A stretch of DNA of 63,783 nt, counting the filler. It is 6 parts of 6 records of this genome, joined end to end, with 100 filler letters (N's around TTAATTAATTAA, not from the genome) between each part and the next. Parts side by side here need not be neighbours in the genome. Positions count along the whole stretch, not along the records: positions 21,788 to 33,101 come from SRR31156797_17847; positions 33,202 to 42,510 come from SRR31156797_17851; 4 more parts are not named here. One strand, written 5' to 3'. The translations under genes were made by a program, and so were the position numbers. The number at the start of each line of letters is the position of its first letter. Position 1 is the first letter of the stretch. Below the pieces are notes generated by a model, which was given only the letters and a program-made list of their open reading frames with translations, had not been told where the DNA came from and searched no databases. Positions 29,885 through 38,835 of this stretch are shown piece by piece.

Positions 29885-30967
29885 ATGCAACGAGACTACC
29901 TTGTTTTAGAAAAGCTTGAAAAGATATTCGGGAACGGCGACGACCTTGTCCGGGCCGTGGACAACATCGACCTTCAGGTCAAGGAGGGAGAGCTGATCAC
30001 CCTTCTGGGACCTTCGGGATGCGGCAAGACCACGACCTTAAGGATGATCGCCGGATTCCAGTCCCCCTCGGGAGGGGATATCCTGATCGACGGCAAGAGC
30101 GTCAACCTGCTCCCGCCGAATAAACGGCCCACCTCCATGGTGTTCCAGAACTACGCCCTCTTTCCCCATATGACGGCCAAAGAGAATATCTCTTACGGCC
30201 TGAAGGCCCAGGGCGTTCCCAGGGACGAGATGGAGCAGCGCGTAGCCAAGATCATGCAGCTGATGGGTCTGGAAGGCCTGGGCGACCGGCAGCCCCGCCA
30301 GCTCTCGGGAGGCCAGCAGCAGAGGATCAGCCTGGCCCGCGCCATGGTTATGGAGCCCAAGGTACTCCTCTTCGACGAACCCCTCTCCAACCTGGACGCC
30401 AAGCTCAGGGTCTCCACGCGGCTGGAGATCAGAAAGCTGCAGCAGCGCGTGGGCATCACATCCGTCTACGTCACCCACGACCAGGAGGAAGCGATGACCC
30501 TCTCCGACCGGGTCGTGATCATGGAGTCGGGACAGATCCAGCAGGTGGGAACTCCCCAGGAGATCTATGCCCATCCGGCCAATAAGTTCGTCGCCGGTTT
30601 TATCGGCAAGGCCAACTTCCTGGAGTGCGCGCTCAAGGGCGTGGAGGATGATACGCTGCTGATGGATTTCAAGGGCAAGACCATCAGAGCCCCCCGCTGG
30701 AACAAGGACCTGAAAGAGGGAGACGCGGTTCTTACCGTCGTCCGCCCCGAGGCGGTGGATCTTGTGGATCCCTCTTCCGACCTGATGGAGGGGACCGTAC
30801 TGAACTCGGTTTACTTCGGCTCCCAGATGCTCTACGAGGTCATGATCGCCGACGACCAGGTGCTGGTCATCGAGGTACCCGACCCCCAGCACCACAGGAT
30901 CTTCTCGGAAGGTACGAAGGTGGGGCTGCGGCTCAAAGAGAAAAGCCTGCACGTTCTGAAAAAATAA
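29885..30967 (+). CDS. ABC ATP-binding subunit (PotA/AfuC-like, with TOBE domain)
   Basis: GPSGCGKT, LSGGQQQR, LLFDEP, VTHDQ. Confidence 0.95.
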   Translation: MQRDYLVLEKLEKIFGNGDDLVRAVDNIDLQVKEGELITLLGPSGCGKTTTLRMIAGFQSPSGGDILIDGKSVNLLPPNKRPTSMVFQNYALFPHMTAKENISYGLKAQGVPRDEMEQRVAKIMQLMGLEGLGDRQPRQLSGGQQQRISLARAMVMEPKVLLFDEPLSNLDAKLRVSTRLEIRKLQQRVGITSVYVTHDQEEAMTLSDRVVIMESGQIQQVGTPQEIYAHPANKFVAGFIGKANFLECALKGVEDDTLLMDFKGKTIRAPRWNKDLKEGDAVLTVVRPEAVDLVDPSSDLMEGTVLNSVYFGSQMLYEVMIADDQVLVIEVPDPQHHRIFSEGTKVGLRLKEKSLHVLKK

Positions 30968-30985
30968 CAGGATCGTTCAAAGCGT

Positions 30986-31017
30986 CGGGGGAGGGGCTTG
31001 CCTCCCCCGTTCTGTTT
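30986..31017 (+). terminator. Rho-independent terminator of the ABC operon
   Basis: CGGGGGAGG/CCTCCCCCG stem followed by TTCTGTTT. Confidence 0.7.
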
Positions 31018-31096
31018 CCGCTCCGTCGGCTCCTCAGTTGAGAGGAGAAAAGGTCCGGCTGATGACGAAGAGGCCTTCCTGTGAGATAATCGAATC

Positions 31097-31927
31097 ATGA
31101 ACGCTCTACCCGAAGAAGATTTTGCCATCCTGAGGACAAGGCAGATGGAAGGGATCTCCTTCTTCAAGGCTAATTTCAAACACTTTTCCTTTGACCGCCA
31201 TACCCATGATGAGTATGCCCTGGGCGTCATAGAGGAAGGGACACAGGTTTTCAGCCATAAGGGCAGCACCTGGACCGCTCCCGCCGGATCCCTCATAACC
31301 GTGAATCCGGACGAGGTCCATGACGGCAGAGCGCTTTTGGATTCGGGTTACCGATACAGGATACTCTACCTCGATCCCGCTCTGGTGAAAGAGATATTGA
31401 AAGAGCACGAGGGGATATCGGAGGAACTGTTCTTCCCCACTCCCAGAGCCGATGATTCCCGTCAGGCCCGGAAGCTCTCCAGGATCCTCAACCATCTTGA
31501 AAACCTGGGGCCGTCTGAGCAGCTGGAAGCCGAGGCATTGCTCTATCCTCAGATAGCGGAGCTCTTTGCCGTACATGCGGGAAGTAGGGATTCCTCGCCT
31601 TCCGTGAAAAACAGTATCCCCGTTGAACGGGCCATCGAATATATCCGAAGCCATGCCACCCGGAATATCACGCTTGAAGAGCTTGCCCATCTGGCCGGAC
31701 TCTCGCGCTTTCATTTCCTCAGGGTCTTTAAGGACAGCGCGGGCTGCTCTCCCCACTTCTTCCAGATTCAGAAAAGGCTCCACATAGCCCGTCATGAGAT
31801 TGAGGAGGGGCGTTCTCTGAGGGACGCGGCCCTGAACGCCGGATTTGCGGATCAGAGCCATATGAGCCGCCGCTTCAAGGCCGCCTTCGGCATGACCCCC
31901 GGGCAGTTCCGTAAGATCCAGAGCTGA
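31097..31927 (+). CDS. AraC-family transcriptional regulator
   Basis: HTHDEY...NPDEVH cupin; LSRFHFLRVFK, GFADQSHMSRRFK. Confidence 0.93.
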   Translation: MNALPEEDFAILRTRQMEGISFFKANFKHFSFDRHTHDEYALGVIEEGTQVFSHKGSTWTAPAGSLITVNPDEVHDGRALLDSGYRYRILYLDPALVKEILKEHEGISEELFFPTPRADDSRQARKLSRILNHLENLGPSEQLEAEALLYPQIAELFAVHAGSRDSSPSVKNSIPVERAIEYIRSHATRNITLEELAHLAGLSRFHFLRVFKDSAGCSPHFFQIQKRLHIARHEIEEGRSLRDAALNAGFADQSHMSRRFKAAFGMTPGQFRKIQS

Positions 31928-31979
31928 AACAGCAATTTCGTTCAAGATTTATTGTCACCGGCCATCCTAGAATGCAGTC

Positions 31980-32675
31980 ATGTTGAAACAATTCCAAAGA
32001 GGGGTGTTCCTCACCCTGCCCGTCGCCCTGTCCGCGGCCGTATACGGAGCCGTACTGGGCGTGATAGCCGCCGGCAAGGGCGTAAGCGCCCTGCAGCTGA
32101 TGCTGATGAATGTGACCATCTTCGCCGGTACGGCCGAGTTCCTTATGGTCGAGATGTGGGCCATGCCCGTCCTGCAGGTCGTGGTTGCGGTCTTCATTAT
32201 CAACTTCCGATATCTGCTGATAGGAGCCTCCCTGAAGCCCCTGTTCAGCAGCGCCCCCCTGTGGAAAAAGGCGCTTTTGATCCACCTTGTCGCGGACGAG
32301 AACTGGGCCGTTACCATGGCCGAATACCAGAAGGGACGGGGCAGCGTCTGGTTCCTCTTCGGCGGAGGGCTTATCCTGATCGTTCTCTGGAGCATCGCCA
32401 CCATGGCGGGAATGGGTCTGGGACTCTTTATTTCGGATTATGAGCGCTATGCCATGGATTTTGTAGTGATTGCCGTGTTCACCGCCCTGGCCCTCTCCCT
32501 TTTCAGGGGGAAGAAGGACATCATACCCTTCCTCATCGCCGCCGTTGCGGCGTCCCTGGCCCAGCGCTTCATCGAAGGGAAATGGTATATCGTCATCGGA
32601 GCCGTGGCCGGCTCGATCTATGCCGCCCTCTCTATGAAAGAGGACATTATGGAAGGAGAGAACAATGAATCCTGA
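31980..32675 (+). CDS. azlC: AzlC-family amino-acid efflux permease
   Basis: FAGTAEF, INFRYLL, DENWA. Confidence 0.88.
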   Translation: MLKQFQRGVFLTLPVALSAAVYGAVLGVIAAGKGVSALQLMLMNVTIFAGTAEFLMVEMWAMPVLQVVVAVFIINFRYLLIGASLKPLFSSAPLWKKALLIHLVADENWAVTMAEYQKGRGSVWFLFGGGLILIVLWSIATMAGMGLGLFISDYERYAMDFVVIAVFTALALSLFRGKKDIIPFLIAAVAASLAQRFIEGKWYIVIGAVAGSIYAALSMKEDIMEGENNES

Positions 32676-32967
32676 TCTGTCTGTCTATCTGACCATAGGG
32701 CTCTCCGCCCTGGTTACCTATGCCATCCGTCTGGGAGGTCTGCTCCTGGCCGACAGGCTCCCCGACCGGGGAAGAGCGGCGGCGTTTCTGGAAGCCCTTC
32801 CGGGGACCATACTCATTTCCTTTATCGCTCCCGAGCTGCTTCGCAACGGCGCCGCCGGTATCGGTGCGGGACTTCTGATCGCCTTCCTGATGCACAGGAC
32901 GAAAAACGTTCTCCTTGCCAGCGGCTCGGGCATCCTGATGATCTTCCTGATCAGACTGGTTTCTTAA
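32665..32967 (+). CDS. azlD: AzlD-family membrane protein
   Basis: TYAIRLGG, LPGTIL...AP; overlaps azlC. Confidence 0.82.
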   Translation: MNPDLSVYLTIGLSALVTYAIRLGGLLLADRLPDRGRAAAFLEALPGTILISFIAPELLRNGAAGIGAGLLIAFLMHRTKNVLLASGSGILMIFLIRLVS

Positions 32968-33014
32968 GAATTCTAAAGGGGGATCTTACCATCCCCCCTC
33001 CCGCCAGCCCGGTG

Positions 33015-33101
33015 TCAGTTCCGTCGCTTAAAGCTCATTTTCCCGTTCTCAGCCATATAGCCGGCATAGCCTTCTTTCCCGACCTCCCGGATCTTTGCCA
33101 C
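33015..33101 (-). CDS. 3' fragment of an unknown protein
   Basis: Open frame from the gap reading VAKIREVGKEGYAGYMAENGKMSFKRRN*. Confidence 0.35.
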   Translation of the reverse strand: MAKIREVGKEGYAGYMAENGKMSFKRRN

Positions 33102-33201
33102 NNNNNNNNNNNNNNNNNNNNNNNNNNNNNNNNNNNNNNNNNNNNTTAATTAATTAANNNNNNNNNNNNNNNNNNNNNNNNNNNNNNNNNNNNNNNNNNN
33201 N
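33102..33201. other. Artificial contig spacer
   Basis: N44-TTAATTAATTAA-N44. Confidence 0.99.
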
Positions 33202-33738
33202 GACCACCTTGAGCTGGATCTGCTGGGGGCCCCTGAGGTTGATCAGGTTGAAGTACCGGATTCCGAAACTTTCCACCACGGTCAGGACCCGCTCGAGGAC
33301 CACCTGGCTATTCACTTCCCCCTTGAGAATGATGGATTTGGAATCAATGATCTGCTTTGCGGGCATGATCTCGATGCTCACCCCCGGGGCAATGGCCTTG
33401 ATCCGGGAAGCCATGAGATCGAGTATGGAAGGATCGATCCTTGAAAATACGGAAATGTCGTAGGTACGGACCTTGTCCTCAGCTTCCCAGAGAATAAGGG
33501 TGGTGCTGGCGTTTCGTTTTGACCTGGCCACCAGAAGCAGCTGGGTGGGGGAAAGAACATTGACATCCGCCACCTTGGGATCGGCAATGGAAGCACGGAT
33601 GATGGGTACCTCAGGCTCCATGAGGTGGGAATGGAACATCTCGATCCGGATCCGCTCTGACGGTTTGTCGGCCATGGCCGAAGCGGCAAGGCTGAGTACA
33701 ATGGCCATGGCAATTAAACATATACGGTTCTTCAACAT
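33202..33738 (-). CDS. cpaC: Tad secretin RcpA/CpaC, N-terminal part (truncated)
   Basis: Signal peptide; RASIADPKVADVNVLSPTQLLLVA..TTLILW pilus-secretin N-domain; PQQIQLKV. Confidence 0.82.
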
Positions 33739-33770
33739 TAATCTCCTTGAACAATCATGGGGCATGGGTC

Positions 33771-34883
33771 TCAGTCTTCATAGAATTTTACGGGATATTT
33801 TTTAGTGCCCTTGAGGATTTCAACCATACGGAAGGGTCTTTTTTCCTTGATCACGAGATCGGTGAAAAGCTCCCCACGGCTGTTGATACGCTGCCGGTCC
33901 CCGGGGTTTCTGGCAATCACCCTGAATTTTCCGGATTTGGAAGCATCCGTGACCACGGTGAGCTGTTCCGCCTGTTTGGGGGTGACAACAAGGGTGAGGT
34001 ACTTGGATTTTCCGGCATTGCCAAGGGCGCCCTCGAGGCTGTCCTCGGTTGCCAGCACCTCCAGATCCTGGAGAAGAATCCGGGAGGATTTCCGGTGACC
34101 GTTCATGACCCCCTTGGTTCCCACGGCACTGTTGCCCCCTTCGGTGGCAAAGAGGGACTCCATGCACGAAAAGATAAGATCCACCCGGTCCCCGGGCTCC
34201 AGGGTGCCGCAAATACCGTCGCTGTTATCGATCTCAAGGGAGATGGCTCGCATGCCGGGCTTGATCCGGCGGGCAGGATTGAAATGACCGTCCCGGATGG
34301 TGACAAGGCCGCTCTGATTGGTATAGATGATGGGCCGCGCCCCCAGGACCTCGGTGTCATCGCTGTTTCTCAATAGCAGCCGAAGCTTTGCCGCCTCACC
34401 GATGGAGGCAAGGACGGATCCCTGATCCGGGGTGACCAGCAGGTGAATGGCCCATGTTTTTTTCTTCTTGCTCACCTTGTCCGTGAGACGCTTTTTAAAG
34501 GTGTTTTCCTCAAGATCAAAAATCTCTATGTTCTGGAGCACCATGCGGGAGATGGTTCCCTTCTCCCCCCCCTGAAAGGCAGTGATGGCAACCACATCCA
34601 CCCGGTCATTTTTCCGGAGTTCCCGGGTGACCCCGGATATCTCGTCAACCCGGATGGTGACAATCCGCATGCCCTTTGGAATATCAGTGGAAAAATTTGG
34701 TGGGGCGGGTTCCTTTTTTTCAACCTCTTTCTTCTCAGGTTCCGGGGCAGGCGGCACTTCTGCGGCAACAACCGGAGCAGGCGGAGGCGCAGGGTCCTTT
34801 TTGAGCATGGAGACCCCCTTAACTGCCAGGAGCCCCATTAACACAGAGAACAGAATTGCAATTACGGTTTTAGCTTTAAACAT
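33771..34883 (-). CDS. cpaB: Flp pilus assembly protein CpaB/RcpC with two tandem RcpC domains
   Basis: IPKGMRIVTI..DRVDV..LQNIEI..LLVTPDQ and IKPGMRAISL..GDRVDL..LQDLEVLA..LVVTPKQ. Confidence 0.85.
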   Translation of the reverse strand: MFKAKTVIAILFSVLMGLLAVKGVSMLKKDPAPPPAPVVAAEVPPAPEPEKKEVEKKEPAPPNFSTDIPKGMRIVTIRVDEISGVTRELRKNDRVDVVAITAFQGGEKGTISRMVLQNIEIFDLEENTFKKRLTDKVSKKKKTWAIHLLVTPDQGSVLASIGEAAKLRLLLRNSDDTEVLGARPIIYTNQSGLVTIRDGHFNPARRIKPGMRAISLEIDNSDGICGTLEPGDRVDLIFSCMESLFATEGGNSAVGTKGVMNGHRKSSRILLQDLEVLATEDSLEGALGNAGKSKYLTLVVTPKQAEQLTVVTDASKSGKFRVIARNPGDRQRINSRGELFTDLVIKEKRPFRMVEILKGTKKYPVKFYED

Positions 34884-34931
34884 GGGTGATACTCTCTCCA
34901 TAAATGTAAATACGGGGATCTTCAGGCATGG

Positions 34932-35390
34932 TCAGGGGAATGCCACAAGGGAAACGACGCTGATTTTTCGGGGAATCATCTTTTCGGACAGGTAACCGGT
35001 CAGGGGGACGTATTCGTAGTCGACCATCTTTACTTCCAGGTACTGGTAGGCTTCATCCTCATCAGGAGTTTTGTTGTCGGCATCCTTGAAGCTGGCCGTG
35101 ATATTTGACGGATTCAAGGCCTCATCAAGCCAGAAGGCATGCCGGACGGCATTTTTAGCAATCACCCTGGGATCCCGGTATTGGTCGTCATCCGAATCGA
35201 GCCAGTACTTCACCTTGACGCCGGCCCTTGCACCGGATGCCACGGCATTCTCCGCCACCATGACATTGGTGAGATACCAGGCATAATCAAGCATCCCAAA
35301 GAAAAGCAAAAACCATACGGGGACAAGCAGGGCAAATTCCACGGCTGTCGCCCCCCGGTTATTGAGGAGATGGGATTTTAAGGATTTCAT
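34932..35390 (-). CDS. tadE: TadE-family pseudopilin
   Basis: RGATAVEFAL followed by a TM helix and GARAG. Confidence 0.88.
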   Translation of the reverse strand: MKSLKSHLLNNRGATAVEFALLVPVWFLLFFGMLDYAWYLTNVMVAENAVASGARAGVKVKYWLDSDDDQYRDPRVIAKNAVRHAFWLDEALNPSNITASFKDADNKTPDEDEAYQYLEVKMVDYEYVPLTGYLSEKMIPRKISVVSLVAFP

Positions 35391-35902
35391 ACAACGCCTC
35401 CCACAAAAACGTAGGCAATATATCCGGTAAAAATCGGCAGGGAATAGGGAATGGACTCCCGCTCCTTTTTCCGGTCCGCCGAACCGGGTGCCAGACGAAA
35501 CGCCAGCAACTTCACATCTTCAACAACACCTGCCAGTGAAGCCATTTTACGTTTTCTCAACAACAGAAACAGAGAAACAATCCCCCCGGCAATGGCACCA
35601 TATAAAAACGTCCAGAAAACAGCATAGCCCCCAACAAGGGTGCCGATTGTCCCTAAAAGCTTTACATCTCCCCCTCCGGCCCCGCCCAGAAGAAACGGGG
35701 CCATAAAAACCAGTAATCCTGCAACCAGCCCCTTAAAGGCAAAGACCGCCCCCGGCCCGGGTCCGAATTGAACTGCATTCAGCCAGAACCCTAGAAAAAC
35801 AAATGGCATGGTCAGCCAATTGGGAATCCTTCGCCACAGAAGATCGGTATAGACAGCCACACACACAAGCACCATGGCCGCAGACAAAGGGGAAAGAATC
35901 AA
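35387..35902 (-). CDS. cpaA: A24 prepilin peptidase CpaA/TadV
   Basis: TDLLWRRIPNW, GGGDVKLL, IPYSLPI. Confidence 0.9.
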   Translation of the reverse strand: MILSPLSAAMVLVCVAVYTDLLWRRIPNWLTMPFVFLGFWLNAVQFGPGPGAVFAFKGLVAGLLVFMAPFLLGGAGGGDVKLLGTIGTLVGGYAVFWTFLYGAIAGGIVSLFLLLRKRKMASLAGVVEDVKLLAFRLAPGSADRKKERESIPYSLPIFTGYIAYVFVGGVV

Positions 35903-36114
35903 TCGCCGATGCCACCGTTATCACTGCTTCCCTTTATTATTTCCGTAGTGTCGTTGAGTTTCTCTGAAATAGCTTCAAAAAGCCCGCTCAGCTTATCACT
36001 AAACCCGCCTAAGACAGTAACTAAAAGTGCCGCCATGATGCCTGCAATCAAACCATACTCAATGGCGGTGGCACCAGATTCATCTTCCCACAGTTTTTTT
36101 ACCAATCGTTTCAT
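35899..36114 (-). CDS. flp: Flp type IVb/c pilin
   Basis: DESGATAIEYGLIA Flp motif. Confidence 0.93.
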   Translation of the reverse strand: MKRLVKKLWEDESGATAIEYGLIAGIMAALLVTVLGGFSDKLSGLFEAISEKLNDTTEIIKGSSDNGGIGD

Positions 36115-36303
36115 CGCTTCACCTAACTTTGAGTTGTACCAGGGAATTTTTGGGACCGTTACCGGCCCCAAATACTTTCTAAATTACCTTTATGTCGGAT
36201 ATTAATACCCGATTACCCGGTTTAAAGCTTGGATTTTATTGCTTAAAAACCGGACATTTTTGCGTTTTTTCCCAAATAAGTACTTCTTTTGCTCCATGGG
36301 GCG

Positions 36304-37203
36304 CTATCGTAGAACAAGACTGTTGCGCCGGACCGGCGCACGAGGGGCCAGCTTTGCCTGAAACCGGTTGATCCACAGATCCGGAACCACATCCAGACCA
36401 ACGGTCACAGGCCGTTTTTTACGAACAAGGGTTTTCCGGTACTGGGAGGGACTTGTGCCCTCCAGTTTCTTGAACACCCGGGCAAAATAGGAGACATCGT
36501 TGAATCCCACGGCATAACAGATCTGGGAAACGTTCATATCCTGGTTGGTCATCATCCGCTTGGCCGCCTTGATCCGTGTACGGTTGAGATACTCCTTGAA
36601 CGAGCAGCCCACGGTATGCTTGAAGAGACGGGAGTAGTGATACCGGCTCAATCCGTTGATGGCAGCCACCTCATCCAGGGTGATGGCGCCCATGTATTTG
36701 GTTTCGATATACTCCAGGGACCGCTGGAGTTTTTTACTACCCTTTGACACGATGGGGTCCCCGCCGGCCGTGGGAGTGGAACGGGTCTGGAAATACAAGC
36801 TGCCGAGCCGGCTCAGGGCCGCGTTTTCAAAAAAGACGCCGATCTCGGGATAATCATTGAGCATCTCGACGAAATCGACCTTGTCCATGGTGTAGCAGGT
36901 GGTGGTCCGGGTGGCCACAAGGTCAACGATGGAGACCCCCTCTTCCACAAGGGCCATGAGACCGTAATACTCGCCCACGGTTAACGACCCGTTGGAACAG
37001 ATGGCGCCTTCCTTGGAACAGCGCTCAATCGCCAGATTACCGGAAACCACATAGCCGATATGGGTGATCACCTGGTTTTCCTGCAAAATCAGGGTATCTT
37101 TGGAAAAAGTACGCAACTGAAACAGGGATTCGATCTTCTCCCGTGTTGCGGGTTCAAGGGTGCTGAAGGGGGGAATATACTGCAGCAGTTCACTAGTTTT
37201 CAT
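36304..37203 (-). CDS. Transcriptional regulator: cNMP-binding-like domain fused to an AraC HTH
   Basis: IPPFSTL..F.KD..I..E...GYVVSG..L.VGEYYG; C-terminal LSRYHYSRLFK, VGFNDVSYFARVFKK; AGGAG RBS before the ATG at 37203. Confidence 0.88.
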   Translation of the reverse strand: MKTSELLQYIPPFSTLEPATREKIESLFQLRTFSKDTLILQENQVITHIGYVVSGNLAIERCSKEGAICSNGSLTVGEYYGLMALVEEGVSIVDLVATRTTTCYTMDKVDFVEMLNDYPEIGVFFENAALSRLGSLYFQTRSTPTAGGDPIVSKGSKKLQRSLEYIETKYMGAITLDEVAAINGLSRYHYSRLFKHTVGCSFKEYLNRTRIKAAKRMMTNQDMNVSQICYAVGFNDVSYFARVFKKLEGTSPSQYRKTLVRKKRPVTVGLDVVPDLWINRFQAKLAPRAPVRRNSLVLR

Positions 37204-37215
37204 TCTCAAGCTCCT

Positions 37216-37252
37216 AAAAACAAAAATCCCGGCAAGAATATTGCCGGGATTT
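37216..37252 (-). terminator. Intrinsic terminator in the riboswitch expression platform
   Basis: Minus strand AAATCCCGGCAA-TATTC-TTGCCGGGATTT followed by TTGTTTTT, ending at the RBS of the regulator. Confidence 0.82.
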
Positions 37253-37310
37253 ACGTTTTTAAATCCACTTAAGGTCTCGACGTCCTTTGTCCGTAAGGAT
37301 AGTCAATTCA

Positions 37311-37465
37311 TGCAGGTCGGTCTTCTGACTTACGGATCAACTTACTTATCGCGCCTTCCCGTTTTCAAAAAAACAGTGACATAAATGCGACGTTCATCCC
37401 CGTTCACAGCGGCGGGCCCGTCATCGAATCTCACGATGTTCCCATGCTCAAAATGAGCACCTGCA
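37311..37465 (-). ncRNA. Cobalamin (B12) riboswitch
   Basis: Minus strand: TGCAGGT(P1)-GCTCA/TGAGC-ATGGGAA-CATCG-TGAGATT-CGATG-ACGGGCCCGCCGCTGTGA...GTCACTG...GGGAAGGC...AAGTCAGAAGACCG-ACCTGCA; all conserved boxes present and in order. Confidence 0.92.
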
Positions 37466-37883
37466 CTCTATAATTTTTTATGAAACCATCGATCGGGTTG
37501 AGTAGATAAAAATCAACCGAAAACGATATGGGGTGGTTCTAAAAACAATGGCAAGAAAAGTCAAGGACAAAATCGACATTGTAAATTGAATGCAGACCAG
37601 CAAAATAACCACTGTACGCAAGACAAAAACAATGTTATACTTACTCGGATAAAAAAACAGGGATCATTCACGATTTCCCTTGAATTTTCCCACAGAACCG
37701 TTATCAATGAAAGGCTGAGCAGTAGATCATGCCCATTGGGCGATATTGCCGGAAACAGGAATAAAAAGCGCAAACAAATCCTATCATACGGCAATTAATT
37801 AATAGCAAAGAGATGAAATCTGTCGTATAAAAAGGCATTTTGGAGTGTTTACCCCCATGAAAGACAGAGAAAGAAGGATTGAT

Positions 37884-38327
37884 ATGACACTGTCCGCAAA
37901 AGATGAAAAAGGATTCACCCTGATCGAACTGATGGTTGTCGTGGTGATTCTGGGAGTCCTGGCCGGCCTCATCGTGCCGAGACTCATGGGAAGAACCGAC
38001 GAGGCAAAACAGGTCAAGGCCCAGGTTGATATTGCCGCCATCGAGACCGCGTTGAAACTCTATCGCCTGGACAACGGCTTCTACCCGCCCACGGAGCAGG
38101 GACTCATGGCCCTTGTGGAGAAACCCGCCTCCGACCCCCTGCCGGTCAAATGGCACGAAGGCGGCTACCTTGAAAAGGGCAAGATCCCCAAGGATCCCTG
38201 GAACAGGGAGTATCTCTACCTCTGCCCCGGCATCCACGGAGACTTTGACATCATCTCCTACGGCGGCGACGGAGCCCCCGGCGGCGAGGGAAAAAACAGG
38301 GACATAAAGAGCTGGGAACTTGAGTAA
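37884..38327 (+). CDS. gspG: T2SS major pseudopilin
   Basis: GFTLIELMVV, ALKLYRLDNG.YP.TEQGL.AL, PKDPW, SYGGDG. Confidence 0.95.
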   Translation: MTLSAKDEKGFTLIELMVVVVILGVLAGLIVPRLMGRTDEAKQVKAQVDIAAIETALKLYRLDNGFYPPTEQGLMALVEKPASDPLPVKWHEGGYLEKGKIPKDPWNREYLYLCPGIHGDFDIISYGGDGAPGGEGKNRDIKSWELE

Positions 38328-38835
38328 AAAGCGTTCGGGAGAAACCGGTTTTACCATCATAGAGCTTGTTATAGTTCTAGTCATAGCAGGTATTCTCCTG
38401 TTTTTCGCCCTGCCGACGTTCCAGGACGTACGCTTTTTTTCCGACCCGGAAAACGCCCTTGGTAAAACGATTCAACTGATCGACTCGCTGAAGAGAAAGG
38501 CCATGACCGACAACAGGGACTATGTAATGCATGTGGACATTGCCGCAGGCATCATATGGGTTTCGGACGAGGCCATGGATCAGGAGACGATGAAAGCCGC
38601 CCGGGAAAAAGGCATTCGATTCTCGGGCGACACCCTGCTCCTTGACGTGGAATTTCCAGGCACCATGCCCCTTGCCTCGGACGACATCCGGATACGGTTC
38701 CGCAGGCAGGGGTATTCGGACATGGCATTGATCCATCTCCAGGAGGAGGAGAACGATGTCACCCTGAAAATCGAACCCTTTCTTTCAAGGGTTGAACTTG
38801 AGAACAGGAGTGTTTCCTTTGACCAGTGCATGTAA
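38320..38835 (+). CDS. gspH: T2SS minor pseudopilin H
   Basis: GFTIIEL N-methyl motif; position after gspG. Confidence 0.75.
   Translation: MSKKRSGETGFTIIELVIVLVIAGILLFFALPTFQDVRFFSDPENALGKTIQLIDSLKRKAMTDNRDYVMHVDIAAGIIWVSDEAMDQETMKAAREKGIRFSGDTLLLDVEFPGTMPLASDDIRIRFRRQGYSDMALIHLQEEENDVTLKIEPFLSRVELENRSVSFDQCM

Noticed and set aside
37793-37803. AATTAATTAAT resembling the contig linker
   Set aside because: Not flanked by Ns; it is a natural AT-rich stretch of the gspG upstream region
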